DNA of 30,931 bases from positions 1-30,931 of the forward strand of contig JBGATO010000046.1 of assembly GCA_044229145.1 (NCBI GenBank), given 5' to 3'. The translations under genes were made by a program, and so were the position numbers. The DNA is from Candidatus Eiseniibacteriota bacterium (lineage in GTDB: Bacteria; Eisenbacteria; RBG-16-71-46; CAZEPH01). The notes under the pieces were generated by a model. That model searched no databases, was not told the DNA's origin, and saw nothing but the letters and a program-made list of their open reading frames with translations. Position 1 is the first letter of the stretch. Each line of letters starts with the position of its first letter. Shown piece by piece: positions 17,742 through 26,480 of this stretch.

Positions 17742-18103
17742 CACAATCGCAGATCATCGCGCTCGCGGTGGCGCTCGGCGTGTGCATCGCGGTGTTCGAG
17801 TTGGTGCGCCGCCGCCGCTTGAGCGAAGAGTATTCGATGTTGTGGCTGGTGGCGGTGGTGTTGATCGGCGTGGTCGGTGTGTGGACCGGACTGCTGCACT
17901 TCATCACGCGCCTGATGGGCGCGATGTACGACACCTCCGTCGTGTTCTTCTTCGGCATCATGTTCGCGTTCGCGGTGCTGATCGCGCTGTGCGTGCGCAT
18001 CACGCTGTTGACGCGCCAGGCGCGGCGGCTGGCGCAGGAAGTGGCGTTGCTGCGCACCGAACTCGACGCCTTGCGCGGGACGCCGGAGCGCCGCGACCCG
18101 TGA
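17738..18103 (+). CDS. DUF2304 small membrane protein (partner of the upstream GT2)
   Basis: 121 aa, 3 TM; LVRRRRLSEEYSMLW and C-terminal RRLAQEVALL. Confidence 0.85.
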   Translation: MTQSQIIALAVALGVCIAVFELVRRRRLSEEYSMLWLVAVVLIGVVGVWTGLLHFITRLMGAMYDTSVVFFFGIMFAFAVLIALCVRITLLTRQARRLAQEVALLRTELDALRGTPERRDP

Positions 18104-20082
18104 CGCCGGTGCTCGCCGTGCTGCTGTCGCTCGCCGCGCTCGCCGCGGCGGGACACATCGCGGCGCAGTGGCTGTCGTTCCTCACCGGACGCACCGAGCC
18201 GCGCATCCGCGGCCTCGCGCAATGCGCCGGCTATGCGATCGCGCCGATGCTCTGGGGCGTGCCGGCGCTGCTCGCGCGGCTGCTCGGCGCTTCGGCGAGC
18301 GGGGCCGCGGTGGTGACGGTGGCGGCGCTCGGCGTCGGCGGCGTGTGGGCGGCGCGACAGCGCCCGCGTGCCCTGCTCACTCGTACCGCCGAGCCGGTGG
18401 CGGCGTGGGATGCGTTGCCGGTCATCGTCGCCGCGATGGCGGTGGCCGCCGCGTGTGTCACGCTCAACCCGGTGCTGGCGCGGCACAGCGATGCCTGGTT
18501 CCACATGGCGGTGACCGCGCGTGTCCATGACACCGGCGTGCCGCCGCTCGATCCCTACTATGCCGGGATGCCGCTGGCCTACTTCTGGTTCTTCCACGTC
18601 TTCCTCGATGCCGTGTCCACCGCGTTGCACGTCGCGCCCGAGTGGGTGATGGCGGCGGCGAACGTGCTCGCCGCGGGCGCCTTCGCCGCAGCGTTGGCGG
18701 AGTGCGCCGCGGCTCTCGGAGGCGGCGCCGGCGCGCGCCGGTGGGCGGCGGTGCTCGGCTTCGTGGGCATCAATCCGCAGGGCTGGCTCCTGCTCCTCGC
18801 GCGCTCGCTCGCCGGCCCGACGCATGGGGCGCACGAGTGGGTGCGTGCGGTGGGCGGCGGATCGCTCAGCGTGCTCGGCGATCTCGGGTGGAACTACACC
18901 GGCTCGATCGCCTTCTGGCCCGACAAGTTCTTCGTCGGGACGGCGTTCTCCGTGGCGATGCCGCCGATGGTGCTGCTCGCCGTGGTGGCGGTGCTGGCGG
19001 CGCGGCGGGGGACCGCGGCGCCGGTGACCTCGCGCCGGCTGCTGATCGGTCTCGCGGTGGTGAGCGCGGCGCTCGCCTTCACCTTGGCGATGATGCACGC
19101 GGTGCTGGCGCTGGCCACCTTCGCGTCGTTCGCGGCGGCGCTCGTCGCGGCGTGGTGCGGCCGCCGCGATGCGGTGGCCCGCCGGGCGCGCTTCGTGGCG
19201 CTGGCGAGCGCGGCCGCGGGGGCGGTCGCCGGCCTTGCTCTGGCCGGGGCCTATCTGTACTGTCTGTTGGCCGGAAAGGAACGGGCTCCCGTCGGGACGC
19301 CGGATCTCGATCCCAGGAACCTGTGGACGGGTCTGGCGGCAGGCGTCGTGGTCTGGCTTCTGGCGCTGCCGGTGCTCCGGCACGTGCGCGATCGCGAGCC
19401 GGGATGGCTCGCCGCGGTGGCCTGGCCAGCCGGGACGATGGCCCTCGCCGGGCTTCTCCCGCTGCCCGGACCGAACGAGAACAAATTCCTGTATCCCGCT
19501 CTGGCGCTGGCAGTTGTGTTGGCGGCCCCGAGTGCGGCGGCAGTCTGGGCCGGGGGCGTCGCACGCTACGGCCGTGCCATCACGGCGGTGGCCGCCCTCG
19601 TCGTCCTGGCTCCGACGCCGGTGGTCGGGGTGGCGGCACAACTGCTCGACGCGGGGGCGTTCGCGCCCGGCCGGCTCGACCCGACGCCCGACGAGCGGCG
19701 CTGCGCCGACTGGATGCGCCGGGAGACCCCGCGCGAGGCCGTCTTCCTCGACGGTGGGGGACGAGTCGACATCTTGGCCGACGCCCGACGGGATCTGCTC
19801 TGGGGCGGGCCGTCGTATGCCGAACAATGGGGATACGACCGCGCGGCGATCGGCTGGCGTGCCCAGGCGGTTCGCAACGCCTACACGGCGGGCGGCCTGA
19901 CCGCGGAAGACCGGACTGCCCTGGCGGCGCTCGGACGGCCGGTGTTCTGCGTGGCGCGCGCCGGCTCACCACCGCCGGCGCCGGCGTCGGCGCTGACGGC
20001 AGTCTGGCGCTCGGCCACCTTGGTGGTCTACGAAGTCGCTCTCGGCACTGCGCCCGATCGCGCGTCGCGCGCCGGGTCGTAA
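18100..20082 (+). CDS. Polytopic membrane protein, probable GT-C-fold glycosyltransferase
   Basis: 660 aa, more than 10 TM; first large loop HSDAWFH..PPLDPYYAG.PLAYFWFFH; soluble C-terminal domain (DWMRRETPREAVFL); GTGA overlap. Confidence 0.6.
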   Translation: MTPVLAVLLSLAALAAAGHIAAQWLSFLTGRTEPRIRGLAQCAGYAIAPMLWGVPALLARLLGASASGAAVVTVAALGVGGVWAARQRPRALLTRTAEPVAAWDALPVIVAAMAVAAACVTLNPVLARHSDAWFHMAVTARVHDTGVPPLDPYYAGMPLAYFWFFHVFLDAVSTALHVAPEWVMAAANVLAAGAFAAALAECAAALGGGAGARRWAAVLGFVGINPQGWLLLLARSLAGPTHGAHEWVRAVGGGSLSVLGDLGWNYTGSIAFWPDKFFVGTAFSVAMPPMVLLAVVAVLAARRGTAAPVTSRRLLIGLAVVSAALAFTLAMMHAVLALATFASFAAALVAAWCGRRDAVARRARFVALASAAAGAVAGLALAGAYLYCLLAGKERAPVGTPDLDPRNLWTGLAAGVVVWLLALPVLRHVRDREPGWLAAVAWPAGTMALAGLLPLPGPNENKFLYPALALAVVLAAPSAAAVWAGGVARYGRAITAVAALVVLAPTPVVGVAAQLLDAGAFAPGRLDPTPDERRCADWMRRETPREAVFLDGGGRVDILADARRDLLWGGPSYAEQWGYDRAAIGWRAQAVRNAYTAGGLTAEDRTALAALGRPVFCVARAGSPPPAPASALTAVWRSATLVVYEVALGTAPDRASRAGS

Positions 20083-20105
20083 GGTCCACGGACGGAGGTT
20101 CAGCA

Positions 20106-20777
20106 GTGCATCGAGGTCTCACCATCAGCGTCGTGATTCCCTGCTACAACGAGGAGGAAGGCATTCGCCGCGTCCTCGGGCAGATGCCGGCGTGCGTCGA
20201 CGAAGTGGTGGTGGTCGACAACAACTCCACCGACAACACGGCGGCCGTCGCGTCGTCGCTCGGCGCCCGCGTGGTGCGCGAGACGCGCAAGGGCTACGGC
20301 GCCGCCTACAAGGCCGGCCTGCCGGCGGCGACGCAGGACGTCATCGTCACCCTCGACGGCGACGGCACCTATCCCGCCGACGACATCGCCCGCCTGATCG
20401 ACGAACTCGAGAACCGCAAACTCGACTTCCTCTCGGCGTCGCGCTTCCCGCTCAAGACCGCCGGCTCGATGAACACGTCGAACCAGTTCGGCAACTGGGT
20501 GCTGACGGTGGCGACCGCGGTGCTCTACGGCGTGCCGGTGAAGGATTCGCAGTCGGGGATGTGGATCTTCCGTCGCAGCGCGCTGCCGCACCTGCGTCTG
20601 ACCTCCGATGGCATGGCGTTCAGCGAAGAGATCAAGATCGAGGCGATCCGCAGCAAGCACGTGCGCTTCGGCGAAGCGCACATCGACTATCGCGAGCGCA
20701 TCGGCGAGGTCAAATTGAACAAGTGGCGCGATGGCTTCGCGAACCTTTGGTTCCTCGTCGCCCGCCGCTTCACCTAA
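20106..20777 (+). CDS. GT2 glycosyltransferase (DPM1-like)
   Basis: SVVIPCYNEE, VVDNNSTDNT, GYGAA, LDGDGTY, DSQSGM, YRERIGEVKL; GGAGG SD before GTG 20106. Confidence 0.9.
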   Translation: MHRGLTISVVIPCYNEEEGIRRVLGQMPACVDEVVVVDNNSTDNTAAVASSLGARVVRETRKGYGAAYKAGLPAATQDVIVTLDGDGTYPADDIARLIDELENRKLDFLSASRFPLKTAGSMNTSNQFGNWVLTVATAVLYGVPVKDSQSGMWIFRRSALPHLRLTSDGMAFSEEIKIEAIRSKHVRFGEAHIDYRERIGEVKLNKWRDGFANLWFLVARRFT

Positions 20778-20796
20778 CACGCTACGCGAGGAACGC

Positions 20797-21171
20797 ATGA
20801 AGGACTTCCTGCTGATCGTCATGACGGTGCTGCTCAACACCGCGGGCCAGTTCGTGATGAAGATGGGGATGAACAACGTCGGACGCATCGGCATGGCCGG
20901 CAGCGGCCTGGTGGCGGGCTTCCTCAAGGCCTTCACCTCGCCGTTGGTGTTCGGCGGGTTGATGCTCTATGGCTTGAGCGCCGCGTTGTGGATCGTCATC
21001 GTGTCGCGCGTGAACCTGTCGTGGGCGTATCCTCTGGTCAGCATGTCGTACGTGATCGTGGCATTCCTCTCGCCGCTGGTGTTGCATGAGAAGTTCTCGC
21101 TGGTGCGAGTGGTGGGCACGTTGATCATCTGCCTGGGCGTCGCCGTGGTGGCGCGCACGCCGTCGCACTAG
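20797..21171 (+). CDS. SMR/EamA-family 4-TM protein (ArnE/ArnF-like lipid-linked monosaccharide flippase)
   Basis: 124 aa; GQFVMKMG, LSWAYPLVSMSYV, LHEKFS..GTLIICLGV. Confidence 0.82.
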   Translation: MKDFLLIVMTVLLNTAGQFVMKMGMNNVGRIGMAGSGLVAGFLKAFTSPLVFGGLMLYGLSAALWIVIVSRVNLSWAYPLVSMSYVIVAFLSPLVLHEKFSLVRVVGTLIICLGVAVVARTPSH

Positions 21172-21188
21172 CGGGCCGCGTCGCGCCC

Positions 21189-22319
21189 ATGCCGCACGCC
21201 GCGCCGCCGCCGATCGCCCTGGTCGTCGGCGCGCGTCCCAACTTCATGAAGGCCGCGCCGGTGCTGCACGCGCTGCGGGCGCGGCCGTCGGTGCGCGCCG
21301 TGTTGATCCACACCGGGCAGCACCACGATCCGGCGATGTCGGATGCGTTCTTCGACGACCTCGCGTTGCCGCGTCCGGACGAATGGCTCGGCATCCACGG
21401 CGGCTCCCACGCCGAACAGACCGCGCGCTTGCTGATGGCCCTCGACGAGGTGTTCGCGCGCATCGCGCCAGCCGCCGTGGTGGTGTTCGGCGACGTCAAC
21501 TCGACGCTGGCGGCGTCCCTGGTGGCGGCGAAGCGGGGCATCCCGGTGGCACACGTCGAGGCCGGCCTGCGCAGCGGCGATCGCCACATGCCGGAGGAAA
21601 TCAACCGCTTGGTCACCGACACGCTGGCCGCGCGGCTCTACACGCCGACCCGCGCCGCCGGTGCGACGCTCCGTCACGAAGGCCACGCCGATGCGGCGAT
21701 CGCGTTCGTCGGCAATGTCATGATCGACTCGCTGCGCACCTGTCTGCCGCGCGCCGCGGTGTCGCGGGTGCGGGCGCGCATCGGCGTCGGCGGCACGGAT
21801 CTCGTGTTGCTCACCTTGCATCGCCCCTCGAATGTCGACGATCCGGCGCAACTGGCGCGGCTGCTGGCCGGCGTGGCCGACGGCGTGGGGGAGACGCCGG
21901 TGGTGTTCCCGGTGCATCCGCGCACCCGCGCGATGTTGGCGGCCCCCGGCTTCGCGTGGGCGCTGCCGGCGACGTGGTACGTGACCGAGCCGCTCGGCTA
22001 TCTCGACTTCCTCCACTTGCTGGCCACTGCGCGTGCGGTGGTCACCGATTCCGGCGGCGTGCAGGAAGAGACCACCGTGCTCGGGGTGCCCTGCCTCACA
22101 CTGCGCGAAACCACCGAGCGTCCGATCACCGTGCTCGAAGGCACCAACCGCTTGCTTGGCGCCGACGCCGCGCGCATCGCGCCGGCGTTGCGCGCGACGC
22201 TGACGGCGCGGCGGCCGGCAGCCGAGACGGTGCGCGCGCCGGAGTTGTGGGACGGCGATACCGCCGCGCGCATCGCCGACGATCTCGTCGCCTGGCTCCT
22301 GCCGGAGTTGCGCCGGTGA
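21189..22319 (+). CDS. wecB: UDP-N-acetylglucosamine 2-epimerase (non-hydrolysing)
   Basis: VVGARPNFMK, HTGQH, GDVNSTLA, HVEAGLRS, MPEEINR, TLHRPSNVD, TDSGGVQEE, LRETTERP. Confidence 0.95.
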   Translation: MPHAAPPPIALVVGARPNFMKAAPVLHALRARPSVRAVLIHTGQHHDPAMSDAFFDDLALPRPDEWLGIHGGSHAEQTARLLMALDEVFARIAPAAVVVFGDVNSTLAASLVAAKRGIPVAHVEAGLRSGDRHMPEEINRLVTDTLAARLYTPTRAAGATLRHEGHADAAIAFVGNVMIDSLRTCLPRAAVSRVRARIGVGGTDLVLLTLHRPSNVDDPAQLARLLAGVADGVGETPVVFPVHPRTRAMLAAPGFAWALPATWYVTEPLGYLDFLHLLATARAVVTDSGGVQEETTVLGVPCLTLRETTERPITVLEGTNRLLGADAARIAPALRATLTARRPAAETVRAPELWDGDTAARIADDLVAWLLPELRR

Positions 22320-24769
22320 CGCAGGCGCTCGCTGGCTCGACAGCCGATGTGCTGCGCGCGGCGGTGGCCGCGTGCGCGCTCTACCTCCCGGGATTGCCGC
22401 TGGCCCGCCGCTTTGCGCGTGCCGCCGGCGGGCCTCTGGTGACGTGGCTGTTGCCGTCGTCGTTGCTCGTGCTGTTGCCCGTGGTGTGGGCGACTGCACT
22501 CTGCGGCGGACGGCTGCCGGCAGCGGTGCGTGCGGTGGAGATCGCCGGGGTGCTCGGCGTGCTGTGGGCGATGGTGGAGGCCGCGCGCGCCTCGCGCTCC
22601 GTCTTGCCGGCGCCGCGCGAAACGACGGACGCGGTGCGCCCCGCGGAGTGGGCGGCGATCGTGCTGTGCTGCGCCGCGATGGCGTACGCCGGCGGGCCGC
22701 TCCAGATGTCGTACGACGCGCTCGATCACCTGGCGCAGATTCGTCGCACGCTGCTCGGCGGGCACCTGTTGCCGCGCGACGAGTTCTATCGCGGCGGCGA
22801 CGGTATCGGGTTCGACCCGCGCAAGGGCGTGCTCCACACGCTGCTCGCGGTGCTCTGCCAGATCGGCGGCATCGATCCGCTGGCGCTCTGGCGCGTATTG
22901 CCCGCGGTGTTGGCGCCCGGCCTGGTGCTGATCTGGGCGCGGGTGATGCGCGCGTGGTGCGGCACGGGCGCGCGGTCCGATGTCGCGTTGGGCGTGTGGC
23001 TGCTGTGCGGATTCGGCAGCGGCCTCAACTGGCTCACGCGGACGGTCTATCCCAACCATGTGGGATACGCGCTGGCGTTTCTCGCTGTCGCGTTGTGGTG
23101 CGAACAGCTGACGCGCGCGCCGCGCCGCGGCCGCTGGGTCGCCATCGCCGCGCTCTCCTTCACGGCGGAGTGGATCCATCTCGTGCCGGTGGTGCTGGCG
23201 TGCGTCGCGGTGGGCGCCGGCGGTCTTGCGCAGGTGCTCGGCGGGCGCGCGGCGCGCGCGCTGTTCCCGCGCAGCCTGCTGGCGGGCGTGGCGCTGGTGG
23301 CGGGGGCAATCGTGCCGGTGGGGTGGCGCCTTCTGGTGCAAGGGCCCGCGGTCAGCACGCTGCACACACACCCGCAAGGCCTGCTGATGCTCGGCGCGCA
23401 CGTCATCACTGCATCGCCGGTGAGCGCGCTGGCCGAGTGCGGGGTCGCGGGGGCGGTGGCGGTGCCGCTGGTGGTGATTGCGGCCGGCGTGGCGCCGGCG
23501 GCGCTAGTGGCGCCGCTCGTCGGCGTCACCCTGGTGCCCTGGTTGGTGGTGGAGACGCCGCTGTTCACGGCGCTCTATCCCGCGCTTGGCTATCTGCTCG
23601 TCCGCTTCCTGTTGGTGGTGCCCGCGGCGGTGGTGTTGACGCTGGCACTCGATCGGGCGCGCCGGCGCGTGGCGAGTCGACGCGCGGGCTGGCGGACGGT
23701 GGTGGCGTTCGGCGGGGCCGCGCTCGCTCTCGCGGTACTCGTGCCGGCGGTGAAGGGTGTGCCGGGGACGCTGCGGTCCGCACGGACCAGCGCGCGCGGC
23801 ACCGAGACGCCGCATGCGTTCGCGGGTGTGTTGTCGGCGCTGCGCGCGCGAGTGGCCGCCACGCCCGGACGTCCTCCGGTGGTCGCCGCCGATCCGTTCA
23901 CCAGCTATGCGATCGCCGGGGTGACCGGCGCGCACGTCGTGTCGACCCTGAATCAGCACGGTCCGCCGACCGACTCTTCCTGGGCGCGGCGGCTCGAAGA
24001 CCAGCGCGAGATGCTCGAAGCCTCCGCGGGGAGTGCGCGTGCCGACTCGTTGCTCGCGGCGTACGGCGTCGACTACGTGGTGCTCAACCGCGCGTTGCCG
24101 CTGCCGCAAGTGGCCTTCGGGTCGCAAGTCGACTCGCTGACGCAGGCACGGGCGGCGGCCCGGTTCGCCGCCGCGCCTGACCGCTTCGTGGCGGTGTATG
24201 ACGGGCCCGATGGCGTGCTCTACCGCGTACAGCACGGCGCGGCCGCTTCCGGTGTGGAGGCGGATGCGCAGGCCGGCGCCGTACCGCTCGACGCCCGCCT
24301 CCTGCGCTTCGCCGGCGTGACGGCCGAGGTCGTGCCGCCCGGCCCTCTGGCGCGCGGCCACCGCGCCCGACTGGTGGTGCGCTGGAGCCGCACCGGCCGC
24401 GTCGGCGACGAACTCCCGCTGTGGGTCCACATCCGCGCCGACCGGCCGGTGCCGCCGCGCTGGTTCGTCCAGCCGGGCTGGAGCAAGCTCGGCCGCCGCG
24501 CACTCGAGCGGCAGGAAGGCGCGTTATACCGTTTCCGGACGGACGCATTGCCGCTGCACGGCCTGCGCTCGCTGGCCTCGCTCCCTCGGGGCAGTGCCGC
24601 GGGTGACACGCTCGTCTTCGAGGTTCCCGCGGCTGCCGGCCCAGGCCGCTACGCCCTCAAGCTCGCCCTGATGCCCGAGCCCTTCGTCGAGAATCTGCAC
24701 CTCCGTGACTTGCTGCGCGACGACGACCTGTACGACGGCGCGCTGATCGACTCGGTCGAGGTCCGGTAG
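22316..24769 (+). CDS. Large polytopic membrane protein, probable GT-C-fold glycosyltransferase with a periplasmic C-terminal domain
   Basis: 817 aa from GTG overlapping the wecB stop; YLPG TM start, loop SYDALDHL, many TM segments, then VVAADP..YGVDYVVLN and a beta-rich tail. Confidence 0.55.
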   Translation: MTQALAGSTADVLRAAVAACALYLPGLPLARRFARAAGGPLVTWLLPSSLLVLLPVVWATALCGGRLPAAVRAVEIAGVLGVLWAMVEAARASRSVLPAPRETTDAVRPAEWAAIVLCCAAMAYAGGPLQMSYDALDHLAQIRRTLLGGHLLPRDEFYRGGDGIGFDPRKGVLHTLLAVLCQIGGIDPLALWRVLPAVLAPGLVLIWARVMRAWCGTGARSDVALGVWLLCGFGSGLNWLTRTVYPNHVGYALAFLAVALWCEQLTRAPRRGRWVAIAALSFTAEWIHLVPVVLACVAVGAGGLAQVLGGRAARALFPRSLLAGVALVAGAIVPVGWRLLVQGPAVSTLHTHPQGLLMLGAHVITASPVSALAECGVAGAVAVPLVVIAAGVAPAALVAPLVGVTLVPWLVVETPLFTALYPALGYLLVRFLLVVPAAVVLTLALDRARRRVASRRAGWRTVVAFGGAALALAVLVPAVKGVPGTLRSARTSARGTETPHAFAGVLSALRARVAATPGRPPVVAADPFTSYAIAGVTGAHVVSTLNQHGPPTDSSWARRLEDQREMLEASAGSARADSLLAAYGVDYVVLNRALPLPQVAFGSQVDSLTQARAAARFAAAPDRFVAVYDGPDGVLYRVQHGAAASGVEADAQAGAVPLDARLLRFAGVTAEVVPPGPLARGHRARLVVRWSRTGRVGDELPLWVHIRADRPVPPRWFVQPGWSKLGRRALERQEGALYRFRTDALPLHGLRSLASLPRGSAAGDTLVFEVPAAAGPGRYALKLALMPEPFVENLHLRDLLRDDDLYDGALIDSVEVR

Positions 24770-24791
24770 GCGGCGGCGCGCTCGGCCCGAG

Positions 24792-24839
24792 ACGGCCCGG
24801 GCGACGGGCGGGCATCGCCTCGGCCGTACTGGAGTTTTT
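24792..24839 (+). terminator. Possible terminator after the first EPS operon
   Basis: Imperfect 13-bp stem (24792-24804/24815-24827); the T5 run lies 8 nt downstream, which is non-canonical. Confidence 0.3.
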
Positions 24840-24969
24840 CCGCCTCCGTGCCGATCACTCCTCGGCGACCGGCACGAGGCCGGCGCGGACGGCCCACGGC
24901 GACGCTGCGCAGAATCGCGCAACCTCTTGCGTGCGTAGGGCTCAGCCCGCCGTCGCGGAGGAAGCTGCG

Positions 24970-24998
24970 TTGACCTGGTTGAGGCCGTGTGCTAGCAT
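24970..24998 (+). promoter_or_regulatory. Sigma-70 promoter with extended -10
   Basis: TTGACC-N17-TAGCAT, with TGn directly before the -10. Confidence 0.6.
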
Positions 24999-25004
24999 CG
25001 GTTC

Positions 25005-25712
25005 ACGCCCCAAGAAGTGGCACATGGGTGAGGGCATCGGGGGGTGGGGACTGCCATACGCGGGACGAGCGACCAGCGATCTCCCTGTCTGCCGACGGAG
25101 ACACGCGGACGCTCAGCCAGCTCAGGAGCCCAACCGGCACCGAGACGGCTCACCGCGGCACTGCCACTTCGAGGCGGGAGCACACGTGCGGACCTCGCCG
25201 CGAGCAATCGGTCTCCTCCGCGGCGACGCCACGCGATTCGGCGGACGTCCCGCGCGACGGATGCAGCGCACCAGAGCATCTGCGGCGCCGGACCTCCGGA
25301 CATTTCCACGAATCGTCCCCACGTATGTTCCGCAAGCATCGGCACACCTCGCACCCGGCTCCTCTCCGGCGAGGACGCGACGAGGCACCCAGCCCGTCGA
25401 GCCCTTCCGGCCGCAGAGCACTCAGCCGGCGGACAGCTCGACGCGGAGGAATGCACCAAGGCCCTTTGCTATTGACGTGTCGTCGCCGAGTGGTGGTCCC
25501 AATTCGACATACCGCTTCTCGCTTCGCCCCACGTCCACGTCCCTGAGCGGGACGCGGTCGCGGTCGGCTGCGCGAAAAGGTCTCGGGAATCCCGCCTGCG
25601 CGACGAAGTCTCCCCGCAACATGGGGCCGTCGCTGTCCGGACGCGCGAGCGTCTTACATGTGCGCATCGACCTGCTGGGCGTTCGTCGCCCAAAGGGTAC
25701 GAGGGGACTCCC
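25005..25712 (+). other. Long, apparently non-coding leader; candidate structured RNA
   Basis: No convincing ORF; nested long-range complementary segments (see findings). Confidence 0.35.
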
Positions 25713-26480
25713 GTGAACAGCATTGATACGACATCGGTAGCGAGGGAGCGCGGGGCTGCCGCCCCGCTCTTGATGCGAGCCGACGAAGCCGCCTTAGGTG
25801 CCGCGGGATCGCGCGCCTATGCGGCGCAACCCTACATGCCGGTGGATGTGCCCTGGCACGCCGCCGCCGAAGAGAGTTTCTACCTGCGCATCGGCAAACG
25901 CCTCCTCGACATCACGGGTGCCGCGATCGGTTTGTTGCTGACGGCACCGGTCATGGCCATCGCCGCCATCTTGGTGAAGCTGGACTCCGAAGGCACCGTG
26001 TTCTACAAGAGCGTCCGCCTCGGCCAGCACCAGCGTCCGTTCACGTTCTACAAGATGCGGTCGATGTACGACGGGGCACACGCCAACCGGCACAAGATCC
26101 TTCACCTCAACGAAGTCGACGGCCCGGTCTTCAAGATGTCGAACGACCCGCGCATCACGCGCGTCGGCCGCCTGCTCCGCAAGACCTCGATCGACGAACT
26201 CCCGCAGCTGTTCAACGTGCTGCGCGGCGACATGAGCCTGGTCGGCCCGCGTCCGCCGATTCCGGAGGAAGTCGCGAAGTACGAGCCGTGGCAGCGTCGC
26301 CGTCTCGACGTCAAGCCGGGCGTCACCTGTCTCTGGCAAATCAGCGGGCGCAGCACGCTCGGCTTCGACGAGTGGATGCGTCTGGACATGGAGTACATCC
26401 GCCGGCAGTCCTTCACCCTCGACATCGCCATCCTGCTTCGGACCATCCCTGCCGTGCTTTCCGGTAGGGGCGCTTTCTGA
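25713..26480 (+). CDS. Priming sugar transferase (undecaprenyl-phosphate phosphoglycosyl transferase, short Bac_transf type)
   Basis: KRLLDI, YKMRSM, DPRITRVGRLLRKTSIDELPQLFNVLRGDMSLVGPRP, KPGVT.LWQISGRS; GAGGGG SD. Confidence 0.95.
   Translation: MNSIDTTSVARERGAAAPLLMRADEAALGAAGSRAYAAQPYMPVDVPWHAAAEESFYLRIGKRLLDITGAAIGLLLTAPVMAIAAILVKLDSEGTVFYKSVRLGQHQRPFTFYKMRSMYDGAHANRHKILHLNEVDGPVFKMSNDPRITRVGRLLRKTSIDELPQLFNVLRGDMSLVGPRPPIPEEVAKYEPWQRRRLDVKPGVTCLWQISGRSTLGFDEWMRLDMEYIRRQSFTLDIAILLRTIPAVLSGRGAF

Noticed and set aside
25018..25032. Second sigma-54 promoter (TGGCAC)
   Set aside because: The -12 position reads TGAG rather than TTGC.
25472..25500. Additional sigma-70 promoter (TTGACG)
   Set aside because: No acceptable -10 at 16-18 nt spacing.
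25005..25712. RNase P RNA, tmRNA, SRP RNA or c-di-GMP riboswitch
   Set aside because: I could not find their signature sequences (GAGGAAAGTCC, tRNA-like ends, the SRP loop, GEMM stems) by eye.
24931..25716. 261-aa plus-strand ORF filling the large intergenic gap
   Set aside because: Pro/Arg/Ser-rich with no domain features, and it appears to lack the third-position GC bias of its neighbours; its stop is simply the TGA inside the next gene's GTGA. Not fully excluded.
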